From NCBI GenBank assembly GCA_030055465.1, contig JASFYF010000001.1:830581-894580 (forward strand): a DNA stretch of 64,000 bases, given 5' to 3'. A program made the position numbers and the translations under genes. Position 1 is the first letter of the stretch. Each line of letters starts with the position of its first letter. This document shows, piece by piece, positions 37,074-47,110 of the stretch. The DNA comes from Candidatus Nezhaarchaeota archaeon. Its GTDB lineage: Archaea; Thermoproteota; Methanomethylicia; Nezhaarchaeales; WYZ-LMO8. Below the pieces are notes generated by a model that worked only from the letters and a program-made list of their open reading frames with translations, made no database searches and was not told the DNA's origin.

Positions 37074-37682
37074 TTGACAAACATAGTTTTAGCTGGAGTT
37101 GGAGGACAAGGAATAATAACGTTGGCCGCCTTGATAGGGGATGCAGCAATGAGTAGCGGCTATGATGTTAGGATATCCGAGGTTCATGGAATGGCTCAAA
37201 GGGGCGGTCGCGTGGTATGCCATGTAAAGTACGGCCCGAAGGTGCACTCGCCATTAGTTCCCGAGGAGACAGCCGATATAGTGGCGTCGACTGAAGCCTC
37301 AGAGGTCTTGGAAATATTGAGGTACCTTAAACCGGACGGCACCGTGCTCTTCAGCGATTACAGGCTGATACCCTCGCTGGCCATAATCAAAGGTCTTGGA
37401 TACCCAGACCTTGAAACAATAATAGAGAGCGCCCGAAACGTTGCTGAGAGGGTATACATCGTGAGGGCGCAGGAAATTGCTAGGAGGCTAGGCTCATTGA
37501 ACGTCGTAAACACAGTAATGCTAGGTGCCCTGTGGGCTACGGGGGAACTGAAGATTAGCAGAGACAAGGTTGAAGGCGCCGTAACCGTAAGGTTCGGCGA
37601 AAAGTGGAGGGACCTCAATATGAAGGCGTTGGAGGAGGGCATCAAATCCTTACCTGAAGGCTTAGCAGTTAAGCCCCAATAA
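37074..37682 (+). CDS. iorB: indolepyruvate/2-oxoacid:ferredoxin oxidoreductase, beta (IorB)/gamma-type subunit
   Basis: Contains TNIVLAGVGGQGIITLAALIGDAA...EVHGMAQRGGRVVCHVKYG. TTG 37074 gives the typical ~200 aa. No alpha subunit is adjacent. Confidence 0.7.
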   Translation: MTNIVLAGVGGQGIITLAALIGDAAMSSGYDVRISEVHGMAQRGGRVVCHVKYGPKVHSPLVPEETADIVASTEASEVLEILRYLKPDGTVLFSDYRLIPSLAIIKGLGYPDLETIIESARNVAERVYIVRAQEIARRLGSLNVVNTVMLGALWATGELKISRDKVEGAVTVRFGEKWRDLNMKALEEGIKSLPEGLAVKPQ

Positions 37683-37792
37683 TAGGAGCTGCGTTTGAGG
37701 AGGCAGGGCATCAACTTCGCGTTAAAATCTATGGTCAAGTCGAGACGTTAAACCTTTAACTGCGAGCTTGCTCTCCACTTCGTAGAAGCTCA

Positions 37793-38773
37793 ATGAAAGC
37801 AAATGAGCTGTCAAGGAAAGAAGTCGAGGTTCTTAGGGTTCTAAGTGAGTCAAGCGAGCCCCTCAGCTCAGCGGTTATTAAGCGCGAGCTCGAGAGGAAA
37901 GGCTTTTTCCTCAGCGAGAGGGCAGTAAGGTATCACCTACAAGCATTAAAGTTGAGGGGTCTGGTCCATGAGCATAGGCGCGGCGAGAACAGTATAACCC
38001 CACAGGGCTTAGAGGAGCTAAGCCGGTCCCTAGTGAGCCAAAGGCTTGGATTCGTCATCACGCGCTTCCTCTCAATGGCCTACTCAGTGACCTACAACCC
38101 AGCGGATAGACGCGGCACCGTCGTTACAAACATCTCGGTTATAGATGGTGAGCTCTGCGATAAGGCGCTCGAGTACACTAAAAGGCTGTACGATGCTGGC
38201 CTCTTGCTGGCCCCCTATGTGAGGGTGCTCGAAGAGGGGGAGGAATACGGAAACGTGACCGTCCCCGAGGGGAAAGTGGCGTTATTCACGGTGTGCGACT
38301 TAACGATAGACGGCGTGTTGATACGTTCGGGCATCCCCATATTCCTCAAGTACGGCGGCCTAGTCCAAGTCGTCAACAACAAGCCCCTCCGGTTTATAGA
38401 GTTGATATCATACGAGGAAACGACGATTCCACCCCTCGAGCTCCTCGTACGAGGCGGCCAGACGTCGGTGAACAAGGTTGTGAGAACGGGCTCAGGCGTC
38501 CTCCCCGTGGCCATGAGGGAAATCGTGGCTGAGGCCAGGGAGGGGGTGCTTAACGTCTTGTCGAACCTCCGCGAGAAAGGATGGAGAGGAATTCTTGCGG
38601 TTGGAGCTCCAAACGAATCCGTTCTGGGCGTGTCCGTCGCGATGGATAGGTTCGGCCTATGCATGGTTGGCGGAGTAATAGTAAGCGCTGCCCTCGTTGA
38701 AGAGGGCATTAAGGTTGATACTATTGCACCGCACTGCTTGATGCCCATAGAAGAAATGGATACGTTGCGGTGA
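37793..38773 (+). CDS. nrpR: NrpR-family regulator (winged HTH plus DUF128/NRD domain)
   Basis: N-terminal wHTH (VLRVLSESSEPLSSAVIKRELERKGFFLSERAVRYHLQAL), followed by a DUF128-like region as I recall the family. Confidence 0.55.
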   Translation: MKANELSRKEVEVLRVLSESSEPLSSAVIKRELERKGFFLSERAVRYHLQALKLRGLVHEHRRGENSITPQGLEELSRSLVSQRLGFVITRFLSMAYSVTYNPADRRGTVVTNISVIDGELCDKALEYTKRLYDAGLLLAPYVRVLEEGEEYGNVTVPEGKVALFTVCDLTIDGVLIRSGIPIFLKYGGLVQVVNNKPLRFIELISYEETTIPPLELLVRGGQTSVNKVVRTGSGVLPVAMREIVAEAREGVLNVLSNLREKGWRGILAVGAPNESVLGVSVAMDRFGLCMVGGVIVSAALVEEGIKVDTIAPHCLMPIEEMDTLR

Positions 38774-38959
38774 AGTCGAACCCTAAACTTCAATGTAAGC
38801 CAATCATCTAGGGTTGCATCATAACGTTTGCGGTGCGCGCTCGTGGTTTACCGCTTACGCGAAGGTTACGCGAAGGGCACTCTGGGGCCTGAATAGGGCG
38901 CTTCAGGCTTCATCGTGTTGGCTTTCAACAGCCTTAATAGCTTGGGGGAACGTTAAAGT

Positions 38960-39922
38960 TTGAGGCTAAACCATCAAGGAGGGTTAAAGCATTTGAGCGC
39001 CTCTCCGCTCAAGAAGATCACCGTTTTCGTTGCTGTGACGTACCTCGTCGCCTCTTCTATCGACGTCATGGCTCTCTACGGACTCTTGCCAGCCATGGTG
39101 TGGGGCTTTGCGAGGATGTGGAGCGTAGCGTTCTCAACAGTTCTCTGCCTCGCTATATTCGGAGAGCGCGTCTCGTCGTTGAAGCCCTTTATAGGCGTCT
39201 CGATCGACGCGCTAAGGCTCTACTTGGCCTCCCCGCTGGTAGTTTATTTAGCGCTGGGAGTCTACGTGATATTCGCTCTGCCTCTAGGCATCTTCGACTT
39301 CGCAGTTTACGTTAAAATGATATCTGAGCCCTTAGCCGCGATCGGCTGGGATGTTGAGGGTCTGGCTGTAGCCTTGGCTTATGCCCAAATAGCCTTAGCA
39401 TATCTGACTGCCATAACCCTCAACGCTGTCTTTGCGCTAGGCGAGGAAATCGGGTGGAGAGGTTACCTTTACCGGCTTCTCAGCTCTAAGTCGAGGATCA
39501 CTACAAGCCTCATCATAGGGCTTCTCTGGGGTCTCTGGCATGCACCTGCTACATTGCTGTTAGGCTACAACTACTACTTTAACAGGCTCGCTGGGGTGGC
39601 GTTCTTCACGTTGTTCACCGTGCTCTTCACCTACGTTCAACTAGCCCTAACCGATAGAGCAAAGGGAAACGTGCTGCCCGCCTCCTCATTCCACGGGGCC
39701 GTAAACGCGCTTTGGGGGCTTGCAGTGGTCGCTACGGAACTGCCAAGGGAAGCCGGGGAATTAACGGCTGGTCTAGGCGCCACAGGCCTAGCCTCATGGA
39801 TGGTCACGATCATCGCTTTCCACTTTTTAGCTGCGAGGCGTTGGAGGCAGGAGCCCCAAGCTACCGTTTTTCGAAGCGGTGGCACCCTCAGGGGCCCTAA
39901 AGGCCTTGAAGGAGCTTCCTAG
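38960..39922 (+). CDS. CPBP-family intramembrane glutamic endopeptidase (CAAX protease/Abi)
   Basis: Polytopic membrane protein with EEIGWRGYLY, GLWHAP and FHGAVNAL motifs. Confidence 0.7.
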   Translation: MRLNHQGGLKHLSASPLKKITVFVAVTYLVASSIDVMALYGLLPAMVWGFARMWSVAFSTVLCLAIFGERVSSLKPFIGVSIDALRLYLASPLVVYLALGVYVIFALPLGIFDFAVYVKMISEPLAAIGWDVEGLAVALAYAQIALAYLTAITLNAVFALGEEIGWRGYLYRLLSSKSRITTSLIIGLLWGLWHAPATLLLGYNYYFNRLAGVAFFTLFTVLFTYVQLALTDRAKGNVLPASSFHGAVNALWGLAVVATELPREAGELTAGLGATGLASWMVTIIAFHFLAARRWRQEPQATVFRSGGTLRGPKGLEGAS

Positions 39923-40226
39923 AGTGGCTCTCCGCAATTTCATCACCAGCTGGACTCTGTTCGACGAGCCTCTAAAACGCATCATTTCGAATTTCAAAAG
40001 GCGCGCGGCATAACTTATGATTTTAGCCTAAACATTGACCCCTCAGGTTAAGGTCTAGAACCGGTGGGTAGGGATATGCGAGCTGCTTAAGCGCTCGCTC
40101 AAAATCAACGTGATGGGCTTGTCAGATAACTTCGGAGTGAGGCCTCTGGGCTTCCGTGGGAAGCCGCGTTAAAGCCGCAAATCTTATCAATAAACGCCGC
40201 CTCAACAGGTTATTAGGGATATTAGC

Positions 40227-40724
40227 TTGAGCAAGGCCCCCCTCTTCGCGGTGCTTGCTGCATCGTTGCTGTTGATAACAGCCCTCCTAGCCCTTGACCT
40301 AGAGGTTTGCGGTGTACACCAGCAAAGGGCCCCCCGCAGGCCCATTCCAAGGGACATCGCCCACTGGTTTGGATGGCTTGGCCTAGCGCTCTTCGCCCTT
40401 TCAACATCCTATTCAGCCTTAAAGAGGTGTTCCCCCAGAAGCGTTAGGACTTGGCTTTTGTTTCACTGTACAACTGGTTTGCTCTCGTTACTTTTGGCTG
40501 CTCTCCACGCGGCAAGCTGGCTGTATGTTCCAAGACCGGGATATTTCATCAGCTTCTTCGCCTTTCTACTCATGATTATAATAGTTACAAGCGGGCTGCT
40601 AGGCCGCTATGTAAAGGTCAAATCAGTAAAGGAGAATTGGAGGGTGCTACACTTACCGTTGACCATAACGTTCTACATCGCGTTGGCCTTTCACATCCTC
40701 GAGAAGATGGGAGTCCTGTGGTAG
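40227..40724 (+). CDS. hypothetical membrane protein (4 TM segments, several intramembrane His)
   Basis: Hydrophobicity pattern only. Confidence 0.35.
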   Translation: MSKAPLFAVLAASLLLITALLALDLEVCGVHQQRAPRRPIPRDIAHWFGWLGLALFALSTSYSALKRCSPRSVRTWLLFHCTTGLLSLLLAALHAASWLYVPRPGYFISFFAFLLMIIIVTSGLLGRYVKVKSVKENWRVLHLPLTITFYIALAFHILEKMGVLW

Positions 40725-40912
40725 ACTTTAGGGGGTATTTCAGGCTTCATCTTTAGCTTTTCCTTCGGAGTTTACAGGGCTTCCGCGAGCCATCATGGAT
40801 TGACTCCCTTAAAATTATTGTGCCTCGCGTAATAGAGGTTATCGGCGGCCCCTAGCCTATCAGCCTTTGTAGGGCGGAGGGGTTAAATCGTCGTTGCAAC
40901 GTATGTAGCCTT

Positions 40913-41473
40913 GTGGTGGCCTTGAAAGGCGGCGTCTCAGCTGGGTTGACTTTCATTAGCTTGGCTATATTAGCCGCTGGCATATTCATCGGTTACTCAT
41001 CGGCACACGCCTTAGAGGGGTTGATGGAGGAGCTGTCGGGCGCCTTCCTCCCATTAATTGGGGTTCCCGCGCACGTCTTGGCTTTGGCGATATTCGTCAA
41101 CAACTTCTCGAAGACGCTGGTAGCTATGCTTTTGGGCGTGGTGCTCGCCGTTCCCCCCATGATATTCGTGTTGGTCAACGGTTTTATACTTGGAGCTGCA
41201 AGCTTCTTCGTGGTAAAGGAGAGGGGCCTGCTCTTCCTATTAGCGGGCATCCTGCCTCACGGGGTACTTGAAATCCCGGCTTTGGCGCTAAGCTGCGCTT
41301 TGGGGATTAGAATTGGGATAAGCGCCTACGGGAAGCTTCGCGGGAGAAACGCGGAGGTTAAAAGCACCATAAAGGCCTGCCTCAAAACGTACTTTAAACT
41401 GGTTGCGCCGCTACTGCTCTTAGCGGCCTTTATTGAAGCTTACGTGACGCCCATGCTCCTTGAAGCACTCTAG
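40913..41473 (+). CDS. SpoIIM-like (DUF95) membrane protein
   Basis: Contains FVNNFSKTL...NGFILG...ILPHGVLEIPALALSCALG. Confidence 0.6.
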   Translation: MVALKGGVSAGLTFISLAILAAGIFIGYSSAHALEGLMEELSGAFLPLIGVPAHVLALAIFVNNFSKTLVAMLLGVVLAVPPMIFVLVNGFILGAASFFVVKERGLLFLLAGILPHGVLEIPALALSCALGIRIGISAYGKLRGRNAEVKSTIKACLKTYFKLVAPLLLLAAFIEAYVTPMLLEAL

Positions 41474-41589
41474 AAATGCCCAGTAACCGAGAAAGCTGCT
41501 GGGACCCCAACTGGCGGATATCATGGAAGGCCAATCCTTTTATAGTTCTTCGGGAGTTTCTTTTCCGTAAAAGAAAGGGTGATGAATAT

Positions 41590-41910
41590 TTGAAGAAGGT
41601 CTCGATCTCCGAGATAGAAGGCGAAATGAGGGATATAGTTGTTGAAGGAACCGTCGTGGAGAAGGGTAAGCCTAAAACCGTCCAGACGCGTTACGGTCCC
41701 ACCCCCCTAGCATATGCGGTGATAGATGATGGCACGGGACAAATAAAGTTGAATTTGTGGAGAAAGCAGATTGACATGGTTCAGGTTGGATCAAAGATAA
41801 GGGTTGAAAACGCGTTTACCAGGGAGTTCAGGGGCTCCGTCGAACTGAACGTGGGAAGCAACGGGAGGATAGTTGTTTTAGAGGAAGGGGATGGTGAACC
41901 GGAATCCTAA
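41590..41910 (+). CDS. OB-fold nucleic-acid-binding protein (SSB/RPA-like single OB domain)
   Basis: Contains IVVEGTVVEKGKPKTVQTRYG...AVIDDGTGQIKLNLWRKQ...IRVENAFTREFRGSVELNVG. TTG 41590 is preceded by GGTGAT; the listed upstream extension looks non-coding. Confidence 0.6.
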   Translation: MKKVSISEIEGEMRDIVVEGTVVEKGKPKTVQTRYGPTPLAYAVIDDGTGQIKLNLWRKQIDMVQVGSKIRVENAFTREFRGSVELNVGSNGRIVVLEEGDGEPES

Positions 41911-42307
41911 ACGACGCGTTGCGCGGCGCCTCCACGGCAACTAGCAGCCCCATTGACCCGCTGAAAACCTTTTCTTTCGTACGGGTTCTCTGGGCTTTAA
42001 GATCGCTTTCGGAGCCCCGCAGCCCAAGCCCTTATTGGGGTTTTCTAGGTTTTTCAAAGTCAGTGCTGGGCCAGCCATGGACGCGTGGCCCGATCGACCT
42101 TGATTGTTTTCGCGGCCTTAACGGGCAGCTTACTCGAGAACTTTGACACGTGAAGAGCTTGCGCCCTCCTAAAATTCGACTTTTTGGCGATTAGCCTATA
42201 CATGAAGCACCAGCTCTTCCGTCGAGGGCCGGCGGAGGCAACGGCGAGCAGGAACAGTTATTAATCTCCATGGATATGGAGGCTGTGGAGTACGTGGTGA
42301 GTGAAAC

Positions 42308-43003
42308 ATGCAGCTTAAACCGGACCTCAGAGATAGGGTAATCCACTTGCTCGGCGGCTTGTCCAAGAAGGACGAAAACGCCGCTTCGCGGGCTGTCAAC
42401 GGCAAGGCCATGGTTGACGACGTGAAGGCCCTGGAGTTCACAGTTCTCGGAGCGTGGTTTAAAGTTGAGCTGCAGGGCGGCACCTTAAAGGTCAACGTCG
42501 TAGATCCGCTCAACCGCGAGGAGGACTCCTCGAGGCTGCTGGGCTACGCCCTCAACTTCATCGAGAGGGCAGTTCGCAGAGGGACATCCCTGCGGGCTGG
42601 GAAGGGCCTTGTAGGTCTACTTCAGCTGCCGGGAGGCTCCACGGTGAGGCTATACGAGAAGAAAGCCATAGACTTCTTAACGGTTGAAGTGGAGGGTTCA
42701 ACCCTTGATGAGGTTGAAAGGGCCGTCAAGCACATTGGAGGAGGCCTGGTGGAGCACTTGAACGCAACTTGGAGCTTCGAGGTTTCACCCTTCAACGGTT
42801 TGAGGGTGAGGGTGGCCTACTGGCAGGGCGAGGAGGAAATCCCATCGGGCGCGGCGATACTCTTGGGAGAGGAGGTTAAAGACCTAGAAGTTCCGATTGA
42901 AGAGGTTATAACCTTAGTTGAGATGACGGTGAACAGGTTCGTGTTGTTCTACCGTAAAGAGACGGGCAGGCAGCCGAGGCTCTTCCACTCGCTGTACCTC
43001 TAG
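42308..43003 (+). CDS. hypothetical protein, possibly DUF3786-like
   Basis: The C-terminal VAYWQGEEEIPSGAAILLGEEV...IEEVITLVEM recalls DUF3786. Weak, memory-based call. Confidence 0.35.
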   Translation: MQLKPDLRDRVIHLLGGLSKKDENAASRAVNGKAMVDDVKALEFTVLGAWFKVELQGGTLKVNVVDPLNREEDSSRLLGYALNFIERAVRRGTSLRAGKGLVGLLQLPGGSTVRLYEKKAIDFLTVEVEGSTLDEVERAVKHIGGGLVEHLNATWSFEVSPFNGLRVRVAYWQGEEEIPSGAAILLGEEVKDLEVPIEEVITLVEMTVNRFVLFYRKETGRQPRLFHSLYL

Positions 43004-43039
43004 GGGGTTTGCCCCGCTTTAAAAGGCAAATAGAGCTGT

Positions 43040-44302
43040 TCAGCCCCCTAGGGGCTTCCTCTTCAAAGTCAGCTTCGCCACGACAACCTTCTCGGAGTTG
43101 AAGAGCCTGGCCGCCACGTAGAGGACCACAACCATGAAGGCCACGTTGTAGAGCGCGCCGAGTATAGGTATGATGTATTCACCTATAGCCATGGATTTCG
43201 CAGCTATAACTGGGTGCGAGAACGGTATCGCGTATAGGAGCACCTGCACGCCCAGCGGCAGCGTTGAGATGTCCGCGAACATGAGTATGAGGGCCGGCAC
43301 GAATACCGGAACATACAGTATGCCCAACAGTGATTGAGCGCTTCTAACGTCTTGGGTGTAGGCTCCAAGTAACATGGCTAGGGCCAAGGCTGACATCAAC
43401 GAGAAGAAGAGCGAGGCGGTCAAGATGGCGTATCCCTCCAAAGGAATTTGGAGCAAGGGGGTGTTGCTGGGTGTTCCCTGCTGCCACCTGCCAGTTAAGG
43501 CATTCATGTAGTACGTGAAGCCAACCATGTAGGCCGCAACTCCAACCACCGCGACGACGGCGGATCCCATAAGTTTTCCCCAGAGTATGGTGACTCTCCT
43601 TACGGGTAGCGTAAGCAGCGTTTCAAGGGTTTTCTCCTCCTTCTCCATGGCTATAGAGGTGGCGGCGATCTGGGCTGCCGTGACTATAAGAACCATTATT
43701 ATGATGGGCATCATCATGGCCTGACTCATTACCGTGGATGCAAGGCTTTCGGGAGGAACGTCGATCACGCTTCCCTTCAATATCGTTCTGCCGTTGATCA
43801 GCAAGGGATTTAGGACCGTCGACGCGTTTATCTCGGGTGCATGTTGATTAATGATTCTTGTAGATAGCTCCCTCGCATAGAGGTTTAAGACGGAGCTAAC
43901 GGCCCCATATACGTTGACCTCGCTTATGCTTAAAGACCTCGCAACCAAGTACACCTCCACTGTTCCAGGCAGCCCGACGCTCAGGTTGCTGGAGAAGCCC
44001 TTCGGCACCTTAACTATTATTCTAGCCCCTTCAGATAGGGCGCTCTCAATCCAGCTGGGTTCAGCAGCCGGTATTGACACTACGTCCCCAAGCCTCCTCA
44101 TTAAGTTGCGGAGCAGGAGCGAGTACGCGGAGCCGTCGCAGTCGATTAACGCAACCCTCAGGCCAATAACCTCCCTCTCCGCGGCCTCTCCAGCAACCGA
44201 AAAGGCGTACCCCATGAGCGGAAACATAACTAAAGGCACTATTACCACGCCCAGCAGGATCCTGGGATCCCTTACCAGCTCCTTAACTTCTTTTAACAGC
44301 AT
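43040..44302 (-). CDS. ABC-2-type transporter permease (NatB-like)
   Basis: Starts MLLKEVKELVRDPRILLGVVIVP and has a multi-TM C-terminal half. ATG 44302 lies 13 nt after the ATPase stop; the listed longer start overlaps the ATPase gene. Confidence 0.75.
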   Translation of the reverse strand: MLLKEVKELVRDPRILLGVVIVPLVMFPLMGYAFSVAGEAAEREVIGLRVALIDCDGSAYSLLLRNLMRRLGDVVSIPAAEPSWIESALSEGARIIVKVPKGFSSNLSVGLPGTVEVYLVARSLSISEVNVYGAVSSVLNLYARELSTRIINQHAPEINASTVLNPLLINGRTILKGSVIDVPPESLASTVMSQAMMMPIIIMVLIVTAAQIAATSIAMEKEEKTLETLLTLPVRRVTILWGKLMGSAVVAVVGVAAYMVGFTYYMNALTGRWQQGTPSNTPLLQIPLEGYAILTASLFFSLMSALALAMLLGAYTQDVRSAQSLLGILYVPVFVPALILMFADISTLPLGVQVLLYAIPFSHPVIAAKSMAIGEYIIPILGALYNVAFMVVVLYVAARLFNSEKVVVAKLTLKRKPLGG

Positions 44303-44315
44303 TGCCTTGAAGTGC

Positions 44316-45044
44316 CTAGCCAAGCCCAGCCACCTTCGCGAAGGCCTCCTCAAGGTTTTCGGACCCATACCTCTCCTTGAACTCCTTCGGCGACCCCTCG
44401 GCGATAACTCGCCCACCATAAATGAAGGCAACCCTATCGCAGAGGAACTCAACTTCAAGCATGTTGTGGCTCGACAACACGACGGTTAAGCCGTGCATCT
44501 TAGCGTACTCCTTAATCCTCCTCCTTATGTGGAGGGCGTGAACCACGTCGAGGCCGCTTGTAGGCTCATCGAGTATTGCAAGCCTAGGCCTCACCATTAA
44601 GGCCCTGGCTATTAGGAGCCTCCTCTTCATCCCCTTGCTGTAAGTAGCCGTCCTAGCCCTTATCTTGTCCCCCAGGTCGGCAATCCTAACACCCTCCTCA
44701 ACCATTTCCCTAGCTCTTTCCTCCTTGTCGGCGTACAGCCCAGCCATAAAATGCAGGTACTCCAACCCGCTGAGCCTAGGGTAAACACCTGCCTCCTCAG
44801 GTAGGTAGCTGATAAACTTCCTGACCTCCTCAACCTCCCTAGTAGCGTCCAACCCGAATATCCTAACTTCGCCATCTGACGGAGCTAAAATGGTTGCCAA
44901 TATTCTCAGCGTGGTGGTCTTGCCAGCTCCATTGGGTCCAATCAAGCCAAATACCTCGCCTTTGTCAACCTTGAAGCTGATCCCCTTGAGCACCTCGCTT
45001 CCGCCGAGGAACTTAACAAGGTTGGAAACTTCGATAGCCTTCAT
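44316..45044 (-). CDS. ABC transporter ATP-binding protein
   Basis: Walker A GPNGAGKTT, signature YSKGMKRRL, Walker B LAILDEPTSGLD. Confidence 0.92.
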   Translation of the reverse strand: MKAIEVSNLVKFLGGSEVLKGISFKVDKGEVFGLIGPNGAGKTTTLRILATILAPSDGEVRIFGLDATREVEEVRKFISYLPEEAGVYPRLSGLEYLHFMAGLYADKEERAREMVEEGVRIADLGDKIRARTATYSKGMKRRLLIARALMVRPRLAILDEPTSGLDVVHALHIRRRIKEYAKMHGLTVVLSSHNMLEVEFLCDRVAFIYGGRVIAEGSPKEFKERYGSENLEEAFAKVAGLG

Positions 45045-45258
45045 GTTGTTGAACCTTCCATCTAATGGCTAAGATCCCCCCATCCACATAAAGCTTATCC
45101 CGCGTGCTTGAGGCTGACCTCCTCCCCGCCCTGAAGGGCGAGGCTTTCAGTGGTAAAGAATGGCACTTCGCTTATCTAGGCCTCAATCGCACCTCCATGG
45201 AGGTCGGGCTCGACCACACCCGCATGGGGGGCTAGATATGATAAAAAATGAAAAGGAT

Positions 45259-45336
45259 TGGTGCGGCCGCCGGGATTTGAACCCGGGTCCGCAGCGTGGC
45301 AGGCTGCTGTCCTAATCCAGGCTAGACTACGGCCGC
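45259..45336 (-). tRNA. tRNA-Gly (anticodon GCC), CCA encoded
   Basis: Reverse complement reads GCGGCCG...GCAGC-CUGCCAC-GCUGC...CCGGGTTCAAATCCCGG-CGGCCGC-ACCA. A TATA-like CCTATAATAGA lies about 25 nt upstream. Confidence 0.92.
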
Positions 45337-45362
45337 TTGCTGGTAGAGTGGGTGCAGCTCTA

Positions 45363-45794
45363 TTATAGGTTTTTCTTCGCAGCCAACTTCATTAGTTCTT
45401 GTATCTTTGACAGATGCCTTGAAAGGTACACCGCCTCGCTTGTTACCTCCACAAGCGCCCCCCTCTCAACGACTAGGTGAATTATTTTTGGATTCGACTT
45501 CGATATTTTCTTCGCTTGCTCGACAATCGCGTGCAGCTGCGTGCAGTGCGGTGAGCCATCCATTGATAACGCCACCACCGATGCGGGGTTTGCGTACGCC
45601 ATTATCGTCGCTACCTTGAAGCCAACGCCGTCCAGCTGCTCCTCGCTCATGCATACGTGGAGGGCCGTCTTTTCGCGTGCCACTTCCTCGAGCAGATGCG
45701 GGTGCTCAGTCTCTATGCACTTGCCGTATATGAGGATGTGTTTACCTTTAAGGAGCCGGCTTGTAACGCTAATCGACATCAAGCTGAAGCTCAT
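45363..45794 (-). CDS. hypothetical protein (143 aa, conserved-looking Cys/His)
   Basis: ORF only; no recognised motif. Confidence 0.3.
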   Translation of the reverse strand: MSFSLMSISVTSRLLKGKHILIYGKCIETEHPHLLEEVAREKTALHVCMSEEQLDGVGFKVATIMAYANPASVVALSMDGSPHCTQLHAIVEQAKKISKSNPKIIHLVVERGALVEVTSEAVYLSRHLSKIQELMKLAAKKNL

Positions 45795-45940
45795 AGAGTT
45801 TAGGTTGGCAGGGGCTGGAATAAACGCTTACCGTCCAGCGGTTCTCTGTGAATATGCCTTACTTTGGCGTTAACTCTGAAGGTAGGAAAGGTTAATTGAG
45901 GGAAAAGGGAGATTAGGGGGTTAACCGGGGTTCTCAGAAC

Positions 45941-47110
45941 ATGGAGAGGAGGACTATAGCCGCGCTCACCGCTTCCATGTTTATGATATCGACGTCGATG
46001 GGCATCGCCAACCCCATAGTCCCAATATATGCGGAGAGCCTCGGGGCAACCTACACGGACCTAGGCTTAATAGGGGTTGCTTGGTCAGCTCCATACTGCG
46101 TTTTCCCCGTGCTCTCAGGTTTATGGAGTGACAGGATTGGCAGGCTGAAAACATTCTTAGTTGGGGTTCTTTTATGCACCGTTATTCCGCTGCTCTTCAC
46201 GTTCTCGTCCTCGCCCCTTCACCTAGCGCTCATACGGCTGCTCCACGGCTTCGGGATGTCGTTTCTGTGGGTTCCCAGCGAAGCGCTGATCTCCGATTTG
46301 ACGAGCGAACAAGATAGAACGCGGTACATAGGTCTCTTCAACTTCTCTTGGGCTCTAGGCTACTTCATAGGTCCCCTAATCAGCGCAGCGATAGTGGAAC
46401 ACGCGAAGTACCAAGGCGTTTTTATGGCCTCATTCGTCGTGGGCGCGTTCTCAACGCCAATGCTGGCCTTGGCTGGCAGGGATGTCAAGGCCAATGGTCC
46501 TCCAAGAAGAGACGTTATGCGCCAGGCGTTGAAGGCCGTGGTTAAGGGGGCATCCTTCTATTCGGTTGTTATGGGTTCCAGCGTAGTCTTGGCTGTGGTG
46601 TACAGCCTCTACCCGGTGTACCTCACGGACCTCAGGTTCAGCGAGGTTCAAGTCTCCACAGTGATGGGCGTGATAGCCGCTTCAAGGGCTTTAGGCTTTT
46701 GGTCCGTGAACTTCCTGTCCAGCATTGGTGAAAGCGCGCTCTTACTACTCGGCTTAACCGTGCAGACGACTGCGTCGTTCTTAATCGCTTACTCTCATGG
46801 TTATTGGGAAATAATCTTGTTGATGGCCCTCCTAGGCTACGCCGTCGGAGTGCAGATACCTCCAGCCACATCAGCGATATCGAGGCTTGCAAGTCGAGGA
46901 TCCAGCCTCTCGCTCGGCATAATGGAGGCGATGTTCGGGGTGGGCTGGGTGATAGGCCCAGGTGTAGGCGGAGTGTTAGCAGATGCAACCTCCTGCAAGG
47001 AGGCACCGTACCTATTCATGAGTTTGGCGAGCTGCGCCTCGCTAGCGTGTTTCCTACACGCGGCGCGCGAGCATCGTAAGGCGAAAACCAAGCTGGCCAG
47101 CGAAGCCTAG
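45941..47110 (+). CDS. MFS transporter
   Basis: About 12 TM segments, with the SGLWSDRIGRLK loop motif between TM2 and TM3. Confidence 0.8.
   Translation: MERRTIAALTASMFMISTSMGIANPIVPIYAESLGATYTDLGLIGVAWSAPYCVFPVLSGLWSDRIGRLKTFLVGVLLCTVIPLLFTFSSSPLHLALIRLLHGFGMSFLWVPSEALISDLTSEQDRTRYIGLFNFSWALGYFIGPLISAAIVEHAKYQGVFMASFVVGAFSTPMLALAGRDVKANGPPRRDVMRQALKAVVKGASFYSVVMGSSVVLAVVYSLYPVYLTDLRFSEVQVSTVMGVIAASRALGFWSVNFLSSIGESALLLLGLTVQTTASFLIAYSHGYWEIILLMALLGYAVGVQIPPATSAISRLASRGSSLSLGIMEAMFGVGWVIGPGVGGVLADATSCKEAPYLFMSLASCASLACFLHAAREHRKAKTKLASEA

Noticed and set aside
38855-38876. A tandem 11-mer TTACGCGAAGG x2, plus a 7-bp inverted repeat AACCCTA...TAGGGTT (38779..38815) downstream of the NrpR-like gene, considered as possible regulatory sites.
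   Set aside because: They are too short and isolated to distinguish from chance, and they do not resemble the GGAA-N6-TTCC NrpR operator.
39923-40226. A C/D-box sRNA in this spacer (ATGATGC and GTGATGA on the minus strand). I also checked 33897..34033, 38774..38959 and 63692..63859.
   Set aside because: No properly spaced CUGA D/D' boxes or terminal stem were found, so the partial matches are probably chance.
41911-42307. A roughly 400-nt gene-free spacer with normal GC and listed ORF 41919..42146. I looked for SRP RNA, RNase P RNA or a small gene.
   Set aside because: No recognisable conserved RNA motifs were found. The ORF is low-complexity (Ser/Pro/Leu-rich) with no ribosome-binding site context. 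Left uncalled.
45121-45145. The GC-rich hairpin CGCCC-TGAA-GGGCG upstream of the ABC transporter operon.
   Set aside because: It is a single small hairpin in a promoter-side spacer, and no function can be argued from sequence alone.
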